From Eledone cirrhosa (Eukaryota): DNA of 64,000 nt. This document shows, piece after piece, positions 43,985 through 57,749 of this stretch. The stretch is taken from assembly GCA_964016885.1 (NCBI GenBank), contig CAXHJY010000671.1, positions 10,651 to 74,650 on the forward strand. Direction: 5' to 3'. Position 1 is the first letter of the stretch, and every line of letters starts with the position of its first letter. Made by a program: the position numbers and the translations under genes. The notes beneath the pieces are model-generated. The model did not search any database, was not told the DNA's origin, and saw only the letters and a program-made list of their open reading frames with translations.

Positions 43985-44291
43985 AGGACAAAAGATGGTT
44001 AAAAGAGTTCCATGTATTTTATTATGCGCATTTCAAAAACAAATATCATCATGCAATAATATTTGTGTTTTCATCAGATAAAACAGGAAGACATGATATG
44101 AAGGTTAAAAAACACTTGTGGATAGTGCAGTTTTAAATCAACATTTTTGAAATGCGCATAATAAAATACATGGAACTCTTTTAACCATCTTTTGTTCTTA
44201 TATATTATGTATACTCCAGTCCTACAAACTGTAGAGTGCTTCTTATCCGATATCTGCATTGCTTTATTATACTACAATAAAACTCACCTCC

Positions 44292-44296
<5 letters not shown>
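43975..44296. mobile_element. Family D asymmetric fold-back element; intact hammerhead on minus strand 44011-44095
   Basis: The left arm is the inverted ribozyme region; the right arm restarts at 44144 (tttttgaaatgcgcata) and runs to the 3' end. Confidence 0.85.
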
Positions 44297-44337
<41 letters not shown>

Positions 44338-44757
44338 GTAAATTGCAAGTATTTTCACGAACAATACAAGAGTACTCAATAAATATAGTAGAGTGAAATA
44401 TCTCTATTTCTTAAAAATTGATGGTCAACTCAATCTACTGAAACTTATATTTGCAGACTATTTACAAAGTTTGTGGCTGTCGTACTCATCTAATGGACAG
44501 CTATAGAAATCCTTCTTCTATTAAGGCTGCTAATGTGTTGCATGCTTGTGATCACTGCAAAATATTTTCCACTCTTGTATGGAAATTTTAAGTTATAGAA
44601 GTTTTTTATAATTACAATATATCTTTATACATAAATATCTGCAGAGAGGCGGAGTGGAGGAATAGGGGCGGGTAGGGGGGGGGATGAAGGGTAGAGGGGA
44701 GAGGGGAGAGATTCAGAGAGATAGAGAGAAAGAAAGAACGAATGAAAGCAAGCAAGC

Positions 44758-44825
<68 letters not shown>

Positions 44826-45172
44826 AAAAAAGAAAGAAAAAGAAAGAGAGAGACATAGAGGGAGAGAGGAAGAAATAGAGAGAGTGAGACAGAAATAGAG
44901 AGAGAGAGAGGGAAAAGAGAGAGAGAGAGAAAGGGAGAGAAGCATACACCCACACACATACACACACACACACACTATATATATATAGAAAGAGAGAGCG
45001 AGAAAGAGAGAGAGAGAGAGACAGAGAGAGAGAGAGAAATAAGTAGATAGATACGACGTATACATATATATATATATGCGTGTGTGTTTCTGTGTTTATC
45101 TATGTGTGTGTGTGCCTGTGTGTTTATGTATGTATGTGTGTGTATGTCATGTATGTATGTGTATGTTATGTA

Positions 45173-45262
<90 letters not shown>

Positions 45263-45639
45263 AGTATGTGTATGTATGTAACTGTATGTATTTATATAAA
45301 ATGGAGAATGTTTTAGTAGTTTGTAAATTCGATGATTTATAGTCGGAGATACGGACAGTGGAGTGGAGCTGAATGGGGGGGGGGGGTACTAGTGAGGAAA
45401 GAAGAAGAAGAAGAAGAAGAAGAAGAAGAAGAAAAAGAAGAAGAAGAAGAAGAAGAAGAAGAAGAAGAAGAAGAAGGACGACGACGACGACGACAACAAC
45501 GACAAAAACAATAGCAGAAATAACAACAGCAACAATAACAACAACAACAATAACAAGAACGACGACAAAAACAACAACGACAGCAATATCAACAACACCC
45601 TAACGCTAACCCTAACCCCAACTCAACACAAACAATATT

Positions 45640-46355
45640 ACTAAAGATACCGACACCTCCACCATCGCCAACAATAACAACACCAACAACAGCACCAACG
45701 ATATCACCAACACCACCACTGCCAACAACGCTGAAGATACCACCCTCACCACCATCACCACCAACACCCCCCACTGCCAACAACGCTAAATATACCACCA
45801 TCACCACCATCACCACCACCACCAACACCCCCACTGCCAACGACACTAAATATACCACCATCACCACCATCACCACCAACACCCCCCCCCCCCCACTGCC
45901 AACAACGCTAAATATACCACCATCACCACCACCACCACCAACACTCCCCACTGCCAATAACGCTAAAGATACCACCATCACCACCATCACCACCAACACC
46001 CCCACTGCCAACAACGCTAAAGATACCACCATCACCACCATCACCCCCCACCCCACCCCACCCCACTGCCAACATCACCACCATCACCACCACCACCACC
46101 CCCACTGCCAACAACGCTAAAGATACCACCATCACCACCACCACCACCAACACTCCCCACTGCCAATAACGCTAAAGATACCACCATCACCACCACCACC
46201 ACCAACACCCCCACTGCCAACAACGCTAAAGATACCACCATCACCCCCCCCCCCCCCACTGCCAACAACGCTAAAGATACCACCATCACCACCATCACCA
46301 CCACCACCCCCACCCCCCCTGCCAACAACGCTAAAGATACCACCATAACCACCAC
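45640..46355. repeat. C/A-rich minisatellite (ccccactgccaacaacgctaaagataccaccatcacc...), ~12 units
   Basis: Units of roughly 55-65 bp with variable poly-C and (ACC)n. Confidence 0.9.
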
Positions 46356-46640
46356 AACAACAACACGAACAAGGTAAAGGATTTCCATTCCACGATTCAT
46401 CTGCTAGGAGAGAGAGGGTGAGAAAGGGAAAGAGAGAGAGGGGGAGGGGAGGGGAGGGGGCGAAAACAATTTTCTTAAATAATACATAAATTAGAAAAAA
46501 AAATAATAATTTTAAAAAAATTGCACAGAGACAAACAAAATCATGGAAGAAGAAAAAAGAAGAAGAAGAAGAAGAAGAAGAAGAAGAAGAAGAAGAAGAA
46601 GAAGAAGAAGAAGAAGAAGAAGAAGAAGAAGAAGAAGAAG

Positions 46641-46702
<62 letters not shown>

Positions 46703-47110
46703 CTACAGCAACAACAGCTACAGCAACAACATCAACAATAGCAACAACAACATCAACAACAAATAGGTAAAAATCAAATACAAATATATATAAAAATATA
46801 TATAATATAAAAGAGGAAAATTGGAGAAACATGAAGAAGAAGACAGTTTCAGTTATAAAGAAAGATTTTCTGTGAAAATAAAAGTACTTTGTAATAAATT
46901 TCTTGGTGTAATAGTGGTGCAGTGGTGGTGGTGGTGGTGGTGGTGGTGGTGGTGGTGGTGGTGGTGGTGGCGATGGTGGTGGTGGTGTTTGTGGTGGTTT
47001 TGTTGAAGGTGATGTCAGGAAAAAAATGGCAGCTAAGTGCGTATAGAAGTATAGTAGTTTGGTTTCGAGAAATGATGGAGTGAAATTCATATATATACTT
47101 ATATATAAAT

Positions 47111-47201
<91 letters not shown>

Positions 47202-47253
47202 AACACAGGGAAATCTGGTGGCAGTATATCTCTATCTATATATATGTTTATTT

Positions 47254-47291
<38 letters not shown>

Positions 47292-47957
47292 GCATATACA
47301 TACATATATGGATAATTATATATCCAACCGCATAGTTATATATCCAACCGCAAAGAATACATACATACATATACACACACATACACACACACACACATAC
47401 ATACATATATATACATATATATATGTGTATACATATATATATACATATATGTATATACATATATGCGTATACATATATATATATACGTACATACATACAT
47501 TCATACATACATAAAGAAAATGCTAGCGTGAAATAAAGATAGAGATAGAGAGGTATATAGAGACAGGTGAAGAAGGGCGAGTAGGTTGGAAATATACTTA
47601 CTTCCTTCAGCAGAGAAAATGCAGTGACTTTGGAACTTTGGCATCATAAATCATGCCATGGAAGCAATGGTAGGGGGTGAGGGGCATGGAAGGCGTGTCG
47701 GGTGGGTCAATGATGAGAGAAACTCACATACGAAAACTGATACAAGACAACGAAAAAACACAGACAAAAAACACAGACAAAAACAACATTTTTGAGTTTC
47801 TTACCAATAACTTCGTCTTGGAGTCTAACATGGTTTTGGAAATTTCTTCAATTTAGTATGTGTATATATTATACATCTGTATATATATGTCTATGTATCT
47901 GTTTGTATGTATGCGTGTATGTATGTATGTATGTATGTATGTATGTATGTATGTATG

Positions 47958-47988
<31 letters not shown>

Positions 47989-48083
47989 GTTTGCATATAT
48001 GTATATATGTTATGTATATGTATACGTATATGTATGTATCTATCTTTCTACCTCTCTCTATATATCTATATCTATATATGTAT

Positions 48084-48248
<165 letters not shown>

Positions 48249-48454
48249 TATACATATATATATATATATTCAGGTTTGTGGTTCACCATTGTATAGAGCT
48301 GGTCTATTCCGTATGGTCAATCGTAATGTAATAATATAGAGAGTACTCAACGTAAAGCAGTTCAACCGTCGTAGTATATTAAACCTTTCAAGGATTTACA
48401 CAAATCCAGCCTCCTGTCATTTCATTATAATATTATATATATATATATATATAT

Positions 48455-49790
48455 AAACTTTCATATCAACAGTGACATAAACCGCCTTTACTTGAAACGT
48501 AAGCAGGGAGGCAGAGGCCTAATATCAGTCCAGACAGCATTTGAATGTCGCATCATATCCCTCCGACAACATCTACGAACCTCGAAGCGTAGGGGCCCGT
48601 CTCTCGAGCAAGTCTATCTGCATGAAACAGATAAGATCATGAGAGTTGGTTAGGAACTCCTCGAGAGATATTTCCTGTGTGATAATCAAAAACTCACACC
48701 CAGGGAAGTCGCTCAGCAGTATCGCAGTGAATCCATATATGAAAAACTGCATGCTTATCAGCAAAAAATCATGCACGAATATGTTGCCAGGAAGCTCCAG
48801 AGTGAGAGCAATATAGATAAGGAAAGTAGTCTATCTTGGACCAACAACCGCTATATTGATTCCCACTTTGAAGGATACGCTTTTGCAATCCAAGAACAGG
48901 AAATTAACACTAAAATACCTGATTCACAAAAGAGATAGGGATGCAGGCAAAACACCTTGATGTGATAACAAGTGCAGACTCTGCAGAATTAACATCGAGG
49001 ATATCACCCATGTCATCAGCAGCTGTCCAAAGATGTCATCGCGGTACTATCTACCTATGAGGCATGATGTAGTGACCAAAACACTGTACACTGCAATCCG
49101 TAGAAAAGATAGCTCGATAATAAAGACATTAAAGCTACAGCAATGTTGAAGACATCCACATACATAATATGAAAGAGTACTGGTGGAATGTTCCAGTAAA
49201 AACCCCAATAAAATGCAGGCATAACAGACCAGATATAATGATTTGGGACAGGGAAAAGAAGGCATGCACAGTAGTGGAAATTAGCTGCCCAGCAGATACC
49301 AATATAATATCAAAGATTAGCGAAAAGGAGAATATTTATGCAGAACTAATGAGAAATCTGCAGATACTCCATCCTGATTACAGATTCAGATTTATGCCTG
49401 TGATTATTGGGGGCACTGGGGTATGTTAGTAACTGCCTCAATATAAATCTTGAGAAGCTGGGCTTCACAGGAACAGAAAGAACACAACTATTTAGGAAAT
49501 TACAAGTACAATCCATTAATGAAACAGTAAAAATATGTAAAACATTCCAAAGATTTTGTATCTAATAACTGCATATACACATGTACAGATACAAAGCATA
49601 TATACATGCACACATACAACTCAAAACATACACATACACGCATACAATAACATCCATATCTACACATGCATACATACATATCTACCTAGTTGATGTTGTG
49701 TAAATTCCAATGAGAGAGTCTTGTATCTATGTTAGAAACCGACTCTCTCTCTCTATTGGTAAAAAATTTGTGAAATAATTGTTTCTACTT
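48455..49790 (+). pseudogene. 5'-truncated R4/Dong-like (restriction-like endonuclease) non-LTR retrotransposon
   Basis: YLKRKQGGRGL; FAIQEQEI; CCHC knuckle CRLCRINIEDITHVISSC; RHD; HNRPDIMIWDREKKACTVVEISCP...KENIY (PD-(D/E)xK). Stops and frameshifts present; ORF ends ~49565, followed by a 3'UTR. Confidence 0.88.
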
Positions 49791-49815
49791 TAGGCACAAG
49801 GCCAGCAATTACCCA
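49780..49815 (-). mobile_element. Severely 5'-truncated SINE tail with 10-bp TSD
   Basis: Reverse complement of the SINE 3' end; TSD gtgaaataat at 49770-49779 and 49816-49825. Confidence 0.8.
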
Positions 49816-50412
49816 GTGAAATAATAAAACCAGAACATATATATACATACATAACTATATACATACATACATAACTATATACATTTATACACATGTACCT
49901 ATATACATACATATGTACCTATATATATGACGTCTACGATATCAAGGTTGTCAGTATTCAGATAAAAGAGCCTTGTTTCGCTATTAGAAGCTGTCTCCTT
50001 CTTTATTAGTTAAAAATTGAAAGGAAACACACACACACAAACTAGACACATACATGAGGACACACACACACACACGCGCGCGCGCGCGCGCACATACAAA
50101 CAGACAAACTACACACCTTAGCTCACACATACACAGACAAACACACACACACTAACACACAACAACCCCCAACTCTATCCCCTTACAAATACACTGCAAA
50201 GAGGGACAGATACACACAAACACAGACAGACACCCCCCTCCATATATATATATACAGAAATACATACACACATACATACACACAAATGCACATACACAGA
50301 AATAGAGACTGACACACACGCACACATATACACAGATACACATATATTTACACATACACACAAAAACACCAACAGACGCACACACACATACACACACACG
50401 CACGCCCACACA

Positions 50413-50467
<55 letters not shown>

Positions 50468-50841
50468 GCAGTTTTGTAACAGGTGTCACTTCCTATTTAC
50501 CAATATATTGTATAGTCGAGAAAAATATCATGGTTGATTTACACCAATTCAAAGAGATGACTTATCTCCCCTTTTTTTTACAGTACATTAAGTGTAACTA
50601 AAGAAGTAAGGAAGATAGAGAAGAAAGAGGGGGTGCTGGATGTGCTTGTGGTAAGGGTAGTGAGTGGCGGGAGTGGGGGGGGGATACGTGTGGAGTAGGT
50701 TTAGAATGTGGCGTGTGGAAAGACCACAACAGACGTCCCTTTGTAGGTCGATCAGGAAAGGAGAGAGAGAGTCTCTCTCTCTCTCTCACTCTCTCTTTCT
50801 TTCTCTCTCAATCTCCCTTTCTCTCTCTCTCAAATTGCCTT

Positions 50842-50895
<54 letters not shown>

Positions 50896-50897
50896 GA

Positions 50898-50940
<43 letters not shown>

Positions 50941-50944
50941 GAGT

Positions 50945-51096
<152 letters not shown>

Positions 51097-51188
51097 CGAG
51101 AGAGAAAGAGAGATGAGAAAAACAGAGCGAGAGAGAAAGAGAAGTATATAGATAGATATGTGTGTGTGTATGTGTGTGTGGGGGGGTA

Positions 51189-51219
<31 letters not shown>

Positions 51220-51469
51220 GCGCGTGTGTGTGTGTATTTTATGTTGTACTTTAATAGTTTAGATAAGACTGCGGGGGAGTGGTATGGTGGTAACATGGGT
51301 TATGGTGGTTTATGTGGGCTGTGACTAGCTTCTCCTATACTTAAACTTCATTATCATACCGATGTGATGAAAGAGATGTTATATATCTGTATGTAATTAT
51401 ATATGTATATATTCTTTCTCCAAAATGGTTGACTGAATACACACGTGCTTTTTCTTAAATAATTATTTT

Positions 51470-51926
51470 TTCGTCCCTTCTACTTCTCACTTTATCTTTC
51501 TATTTCTATTTCATTTTATTCTCTTTTTCATTTTTCATTCTACTTTCTGATAAAGGACTAGTGTCCGAAACGTGAATACTCTGTTACTACTATATCAAGC
51601 ATTCAACTAATATATTTCTTTCTTCAATGTGCTGTGTTTCTTGCTGTGTTGTTCCCGTTTACATTTGTGTGTGTGTTTATATATGTGTGTATGTATGTAT
51701 GTATGTATCATGAATGGACCTGTTATTTTTATCTAAAGACATTAAAGACATTTTTTTTCAAATTCCAACCCACCCGTCCCCTCAATCTATCTTATTTCTC
51801 ATTCTTTCTTCTGATGAAGAACTAGCGTCCGAAACATTAAGACCCTCTTCCTGCCATATCAAGCGTTAACCTAATATATCCCTTCCATATACTGTACCGA
51901 TTGTGTTGTTATTTCTATTTACCATT

Positions 51927-51930
<4 letters not shown>
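51470..51930 (+). mobile_element. Diverged tandem pair of minimal-hammerhead units (cores 264 bp apart)
   Basis: CTGATAA-a-ggac-tagt-gtcc-GAAACGTG at 51547 and CTGATGA-a-gaac-tagc-gtcc-GAAACATT at 51811, each followed by tatcaagc.tt...ctaatata. Third relic at ~59515-59590. Confidence 0.6.
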
Positions 51931-51983
<53 letters not shown>

Positions 51984-52208
51984 TGAAGTGAATGTTTTAA
52001 ATAGCAATGCGTGTCCTAGTTGCTTAATGTCAGGTGAAGACTGCTTGTGACATTACCCTGTAAGCGTTGAAGCGTTTCACAAACAAATATATATATACCA
52101 TGACATAGTTTTAAGGCTGATCCTGTGTTACACAGGGCCTAACAAAACAGGTCCTTTGAATTACATGTAGAACAGATCTTTTTCTCCGACTGGACAGAGA
52201 GGACAGAA

Positions 52209-52426
52209 ATAATTGATTCTACTTTAGGCTTAAGGCCAGCAATTTGAGGGGAGGGGAGGGGAAAATCTATTAAATCGATCCCAGTACATTACTGGCGCTT
52301 TATTTTATCGACCCCGTAAGGATGAAAGGCAAAGCTAACCTCGGCAGGATTTGAACTCAGAACGTAAAGGGCCGTAATTTTATGCTGTGAAGAATGTTGT
52401 CCGACGCTCTACCGATTCTGCCAATC
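52209..52426 (-). mobile_element. tRNA-derived SINE, long subfamily
   Basis: Reverse complement of the 40068 family with the extra gggatcgatttaatagatt...cccc segment. Confidence 0.85.
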
Positions 52427-52454
52427 GGACGTATTTCCCCATCGTTCCTAAAGG

Positions 52455-52570
52455 CAGGAGAGCTGATACTGGGAAATAAAGTGTTTAGTTCAAGGATCCC
52501 AAGCACCACTAGAAATCGAACTTCGTTCTTACAATATGGAGCTAAACATCCTAAGCACTAACCCACATGT
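52455..52570 (-). mobile_element. Degenerate CORE-type SINE head
   Basis: Minus strand gggttagtgcttagg...agttcgatttc...ccttgaactaaacactttatttc. Confidence 0.45.
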
Positions 52571-52948
52571 ACAGACGCACCAACACTCCTGGAGCAACGA
52601 GGAAATAAAGAAGATTTGTTTACAAGCTAATATCGCATCCATTAATACAATAGGAAATGTATTCCTATATATTTTTTCAAGGAAATAAATAAAAATATTT
52701 CTCGCCTATCCCACATATCTTCCGGAAATTTCCTTTTTAAAAAACTAAAGACGTCTTTGTGACGTTCTTTCAAGGAAAACATTCAATAACAACATAGAAA
52801 CCAAACATACCACAGGAAATCACCATCTTCAGTCAATAATGTAAAATTCAGAGTTAATATATAGTACACACACACCACAAAACGCAGAAACACGCATGAA
52901 CACACACACACACACATACACACACACATAAATATCATGTGAAATCAA

Positions 52949-52989
<41 letters not shown>

Positions 52990-53198
52990 TCATATTGATT
53001 TCGCGTTTTATTTTCCAAGTTTTGCGGAAGTTCGTCGACGACATATAAGTGTATCTGATGGCGCCATGTCATGTGATGTCGCACATCACGTGACACAACG
53101 CCATCTTGTCCATTGCTTTTATAACTGCTACCAAAGTCCACTATAGATGGCTGTGATCAAATTATAAAGGATCAATAAGGACAACTACATGGCGCTTA

Positions 53199-53332
<134 letters not shown>

Positions 53333-53626
53333 GTGTGTGCGTGTGTGTGTGCGTGTGTGTGTTTGTGTGAGTGTGCTTGAGTGTGTTATATATGTGCGTT
53401 TGCAATGAAGTCGACGAGACTATCCATCTATCTATCTCTCTATCTATCTATCTGTATATCTATCTATCTATATGTCTATCTATCTGTATATCTATCTGTA
53501 TATCTATCTATATATCTATCTGTTGATCAATCTGTTTATCTTCTTACATATCTTTATATCTATCTTGCTTATCTATCTGTATGTCTAACTATATACCTTT
53601 CTCCCTCTCTCTCTCTCTCTCTTAAA

Positions 53627-53673
<47 letters not shown>

Positions 53674-53779
53674 CATTTACATATACGTACACGAATATAC
53701 ATATATGTATGTATAATCTTGTATATATACTTATACATATACAAGATTATACTTATATATATATATATATATATATATA

Positions 53780-53843
<64 letters not shown>

Positions 53844-53852
<9 letters not shown>

Positions 53853-54314
53853 GAGATAAGCGGAGCAAGTAAAATTCAAACAATTTCTTAAAACAAATTA
53901 AAAAATATAATTTAAATATTTACCTAATCCATTTGCTTTTACCGACGGTTTCACCTTACAAAAGATTGGAGATCCTAGGGATCTCCAATGGAAATGTTCG
54001 GATCATCAGAGAGCATTTTCTTTTCCTAGGACAGAAGTCCCAAGAACGGCAAAATATATTGCCACCTGCCAGCTAGCAGAGGATCTCGAATCTTTTGTAA
54101 GGTGAAACCGTCGGTAAAAGCAAATTGATTAGGTAAATATTTAAATTATATTTTTTAATTTATTTTAAGAAATTGTTTGAATTTTACTTGCTCCGCTTAT
54201 CTCAATTTTATAGTTCTGGTATGTCAAAGTAATACCATGGAACACCACTGTATCATAGACACCCTATATATTCCCAGGGGTACTTAGTACCTGTGAGGAT
54301 ATTAATCTCCTTTT
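53844..54314. mobile_element. Family E fold-back element: 133-bp arms, ~103-nt loop, 3' tail
   Basis: Arms 53844-53976 and 54080-54212 with a few mismatches; tail homologous to 55768-55870. Confidence 0.85.
53934..54015 (-). ncRNA. Type-I hammerhead ribozyme, family E
   Basis: tgctct CTGATGA [long stem II containing attggagatcc-cta-ggatctccaat] GAAACCGTCGGTA aaagca; one stem I mismatch. Confidence 0.7.
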
Positions 54315-54432
54315 ATATATATATATGCATGTGTGTCTTTAATTGAGATTGGTGTTTAATTGTGTTGTTTTTGTTGTTGTTTTAGTAATGTGAGTTCAAT
54401 GGGTGAGTTATTGCTCTTAAATATATATATAT

Positions 54433-54493
<61 letters not shown>

Positions 54494-55234
54494 TGTATAT
54501 ACATGCACAAATATATATACATATATATACATATATAAATATATATATATATATACATATATATAAATATATATACATATATACAAATATATATATACAT
54601 ATATACAAATATATATACATATATACAAATATATATACATATATACAAATATATATATATATATACATAAATACAAATATATATATATGCACATACAGAC
54701 ACAAACACACACACATATACATACATACATACATACATACATACATACATACATACATACATACATACATACATACATACATACGTACATACATACATAC
54801 GTACATACATACATACATACATACATACATACATACATACATACATACATACGTACATACGTCTTTTTAATAAAAAAAGAAATAAGATGTATTTGTTTTC
54901 AACAACATATAGTGTTGTCTGGTAATGAGACGTTTACGGAAATCAAAACACTTACAGAGGACATTTGCTGTCTCTTTCATCTTCAATATTATATTCTCTT
55001 CTGTCTAGGACAGATCACTGTTCACGTTATCACTCATCTTACTACTACTTAAGAACGAAGACAAAGACAAGAGTAACCTACACAAGTTATTAGATATTTC
55101 TGTGTAAATCGACTAAGAACTAACTAGGCTTTGCTTGGTTGTAACGTATATTTTTAGTGTGTGACACAACATGAATTCCAAAAATGGAAATTGACTTTTT
55201 ATAAACGTTTTTATAGAATTATAGGCACATCCCT

Positions 55235-55330
<96 letters not shown>

Positions 55331-55392
55331 CAGAGCGTAAGCACGTGGGAAAGTAAGAAATCGGAGAATAGACCGTTAAAACATGTTTATTT

Positions 55393-55423
<31 letters not shown>

Positions 55424-55492
55424 ATCAAGGTTTAGCAAATAAGAAAAAGTTTCAAAATAAATTTCAAAAAATTCACTGTACTTACTATGGTT

Positions 55493-55579
55493 ACCTTTAC
55501 CGAAACGGTTTCGAGTCTCAAAAATAAATGGATAGTCCTTGCGGGCCTCCATTGAAAAGATAAACTCTCGTCAGAAGGT
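55493..55579 (-). ncRNA. Type-I hammerhead ribozyme, E-like, canonical core
   Basis: acctt CTGACGA gagt...actc GAA accg-ttt-cggt A aaggt; G-C closing pair on stem II, GUA site. Confidence 0.85.
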
Positions 55580-55702
55580 TCTTTTCACTCGGAGAATATA
55601 AAATTCCCGAGTTCGAATTACGAACTGGCGCTATTCAAAATTGTTCCCGAGATGAGAATGAATGATTTGGAAGCAATTCTGTCCATATATATACATATAT
55701 AT

Positions 55703-56240
55703 ATATTTAAATCGTATTTTAATTTATTTAAAAGATTGTTTAATGTTTACTTGTTCCGCTCATTTTTATAGTTCTGGTATCTCAAATTAGTACCATTGAA
55801 CAACAACGATTATAGACACCTTGTATATTTCCGTAGGTACTTAGTACCTGCTGGAATATCTATATCATTTTATATGTATTCTCCTTCTATGTAGAGAACA
55901 AAATGTTGTATTGTGCTGCTATTTTTTTTTTAGCGGCATGAAGTATCAACGAGTCTATAATATCCTGTTTTTACTTACGGCCTATTTATGTGTAGGTCAA
56001 TTTAACGGACTGACATTATGCATCGGGTAGGAAGCGATATATTTACAAACTATGAGGCTTTATGCCCTATGGTAGGGAAATAGCTGTCTGAAGAGCTAAT
56101 TCTTTCCATTGGAAATCTCTGAATTTCCAATCTTTTGATTAGTGAAACCGTCGGTAACAGCAATAGAACAGGTGAATATTTAAATCGTATTTTAATTTAT
56201 TTAAAAGATTGTTTAATGTTTACTTGTTCCGCTCATTTTT
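55703..56240 (+). mobile_element. Family E 473-bp unit with 65-bp terminal direct repeat (retrozyme/mini-PLE-like)
   Basis: 55703-55767 is identical to 56176-56240; one hammerhead inside; microsatellite flanks. Confidence 0.75.
56083..56161 (+). ncRNA. Type-I hammerhead ribozyme, family E
   Basis: gctgt CTGAAGA gctaat...attggaaat-ctctga-atttccaat...attagt GAAACCGTCGGTA acagc; predicted cleavage after 56156. Confidence 0.85.
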
Positions 56241-56241
56241 G

Positions 56242-56333
<92 letters not shown>

Positions 56334-56542
56334 TTTATATACGCTAAGCGAATTAGCGGGGTTAGTAGGGGTGACCTATAGAAGGCGTTGTGGCAGTAGT
56401 CCTCTTCCGCTATAATCTGTAAAGCAGTGTTCAAATCGCACTGACATTAATTTGATCTTCCATCATTGCAGAGGTCAGAATTTACGATAAATTACATACA
56501 TATCAGTGAAGATACTGCCAGAATAGCATTCATTCTTCTTGT

Positions 56543-57121
56543 CGGTGTTGTTGTTGGTGGTGGTACTGGTGATGGTGGTGGTAGTGGTGGTGGTGGTGGT
56601 GGTGGTGGTGGTGGTGGTGGTGGTGGTGTTGATGGTGGTGGTGGTGGTGGTTGTGGTGGTGGTGGTGGTGGTGGTGGTGGTGTTGATGGTGGTGGTGGTG
56701 GTTGTCGTAATGTTGGTGGTGGTGGTGGTTGTAGTGGTGGTGGTGGTAATGGTGGTAATGGTGGTAATGGTGGTGGTGGTGGTGGTGTTGGCGGTGGTTG
56801 TAGTGGTGGTGGTGGTGGTGGTGGTGGTGGTAATGGTGGTAATGGTGGTAATGGTGGTGGTGGTGGAGGTGTTGGTGGTGGTAATGGTGGTTATGGTGGT
56901 AATGGTTGTAGTGGTGGTGGTAATGGTGGTAATGGTGGTAATGGTGGTGGTGGTGGTGGTGGTGGTGGAGGTGTTGGTGGTGGTAATGGTGGTTATGGTG
57001 GTAATGGTTGTAGTGGTGGTGGTGGTGGTGATGGTGGTGGTGGTGGTGGCGGTGGTGGTACTGTTGGTGGTTGTGGTGGTGGTGGTGTTGCTGTTGTTGG
57101 TGTTGGTGGTGGTGGTGGTGT
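56543..57121. repeat. (GGT)n-derived array
   Basis: GGT runs interrupted by AAT/GTT triplets, with internal duplications. Confidence 0.9.
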
Positions 57122-57243
57122 TTAGCCACAAGAGTTCCCTGCCATGGTATAAATGATGTTGAAATATGTCCTGATTATTTGGTTATTGTTGATTTATAAT
57201 TATATTTAGATATTTAGAGTGAATAGATGGTATTATCTCGCCA

Positions 57244-57429
57244 GCGGTGGTGGATTGGCAGTACCGGTGGAGGGTCGGACGCCATGCTTTCCAGCATAGT
57301 TACGTCCCTTTACGATCTGAGTTCAAATCCCGCCGAGGTTGACTTTGCCTTTCATCCTTACGGGGTCGATAAAATAAAGTACCAGTAATGCACTGGGTAA
57401 GTGCTGGCCTTGTGCCTAAAGTAGAAACA
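57244..57429 (+). mobile_element. Full-length SINE, short subfamily, with TSD
   Basis: Near-identical to 40068; TSD atta(t/c)ctcgcca at 57232-57243 and 57430-57441. Confidence 0.88.
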
Positions 57430-57484
57430 ATTACCTCGCCATTTTATGGTTGTTTGGCTGCGTGAGTAAAGTACGTAGAAATTG

Positions 57485-57524
<40 letters not shown>

Positions 57525-57707
57525 GTGTGTGTGTGTGTGTTTCATGTTGTATATATATAGATATGTGTGTATGTATATATATTAATGTGTGTGCGTGTGT
57601 GTATGTGTGTGCGTGCGTATGTATATATCGATATATGGGCGTGTGTGTGTGTATGTATGTATATATATATGTATGTATATATATATATACATATATATAT
57701 ACATATA

Positions 57708-57749
<42 letters not shown>

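Noticed and set aside
45598-45620. Telomere-like CCCTAA units
   Set aside because: Only about three imperfect units.
45640-46355. PTANNAKDTTITT peptide repeat
   Set aside because: The frame shifts at variable poly-C runs, so it behaves as a non-coding minisatellite.
56466-57156. Gly-rich (+) and His-rich (-) ORFs resembling structural proteins
   Set aside because: (GGT)n-derived and open in four frames; no conserved peptide motif or gene structure.
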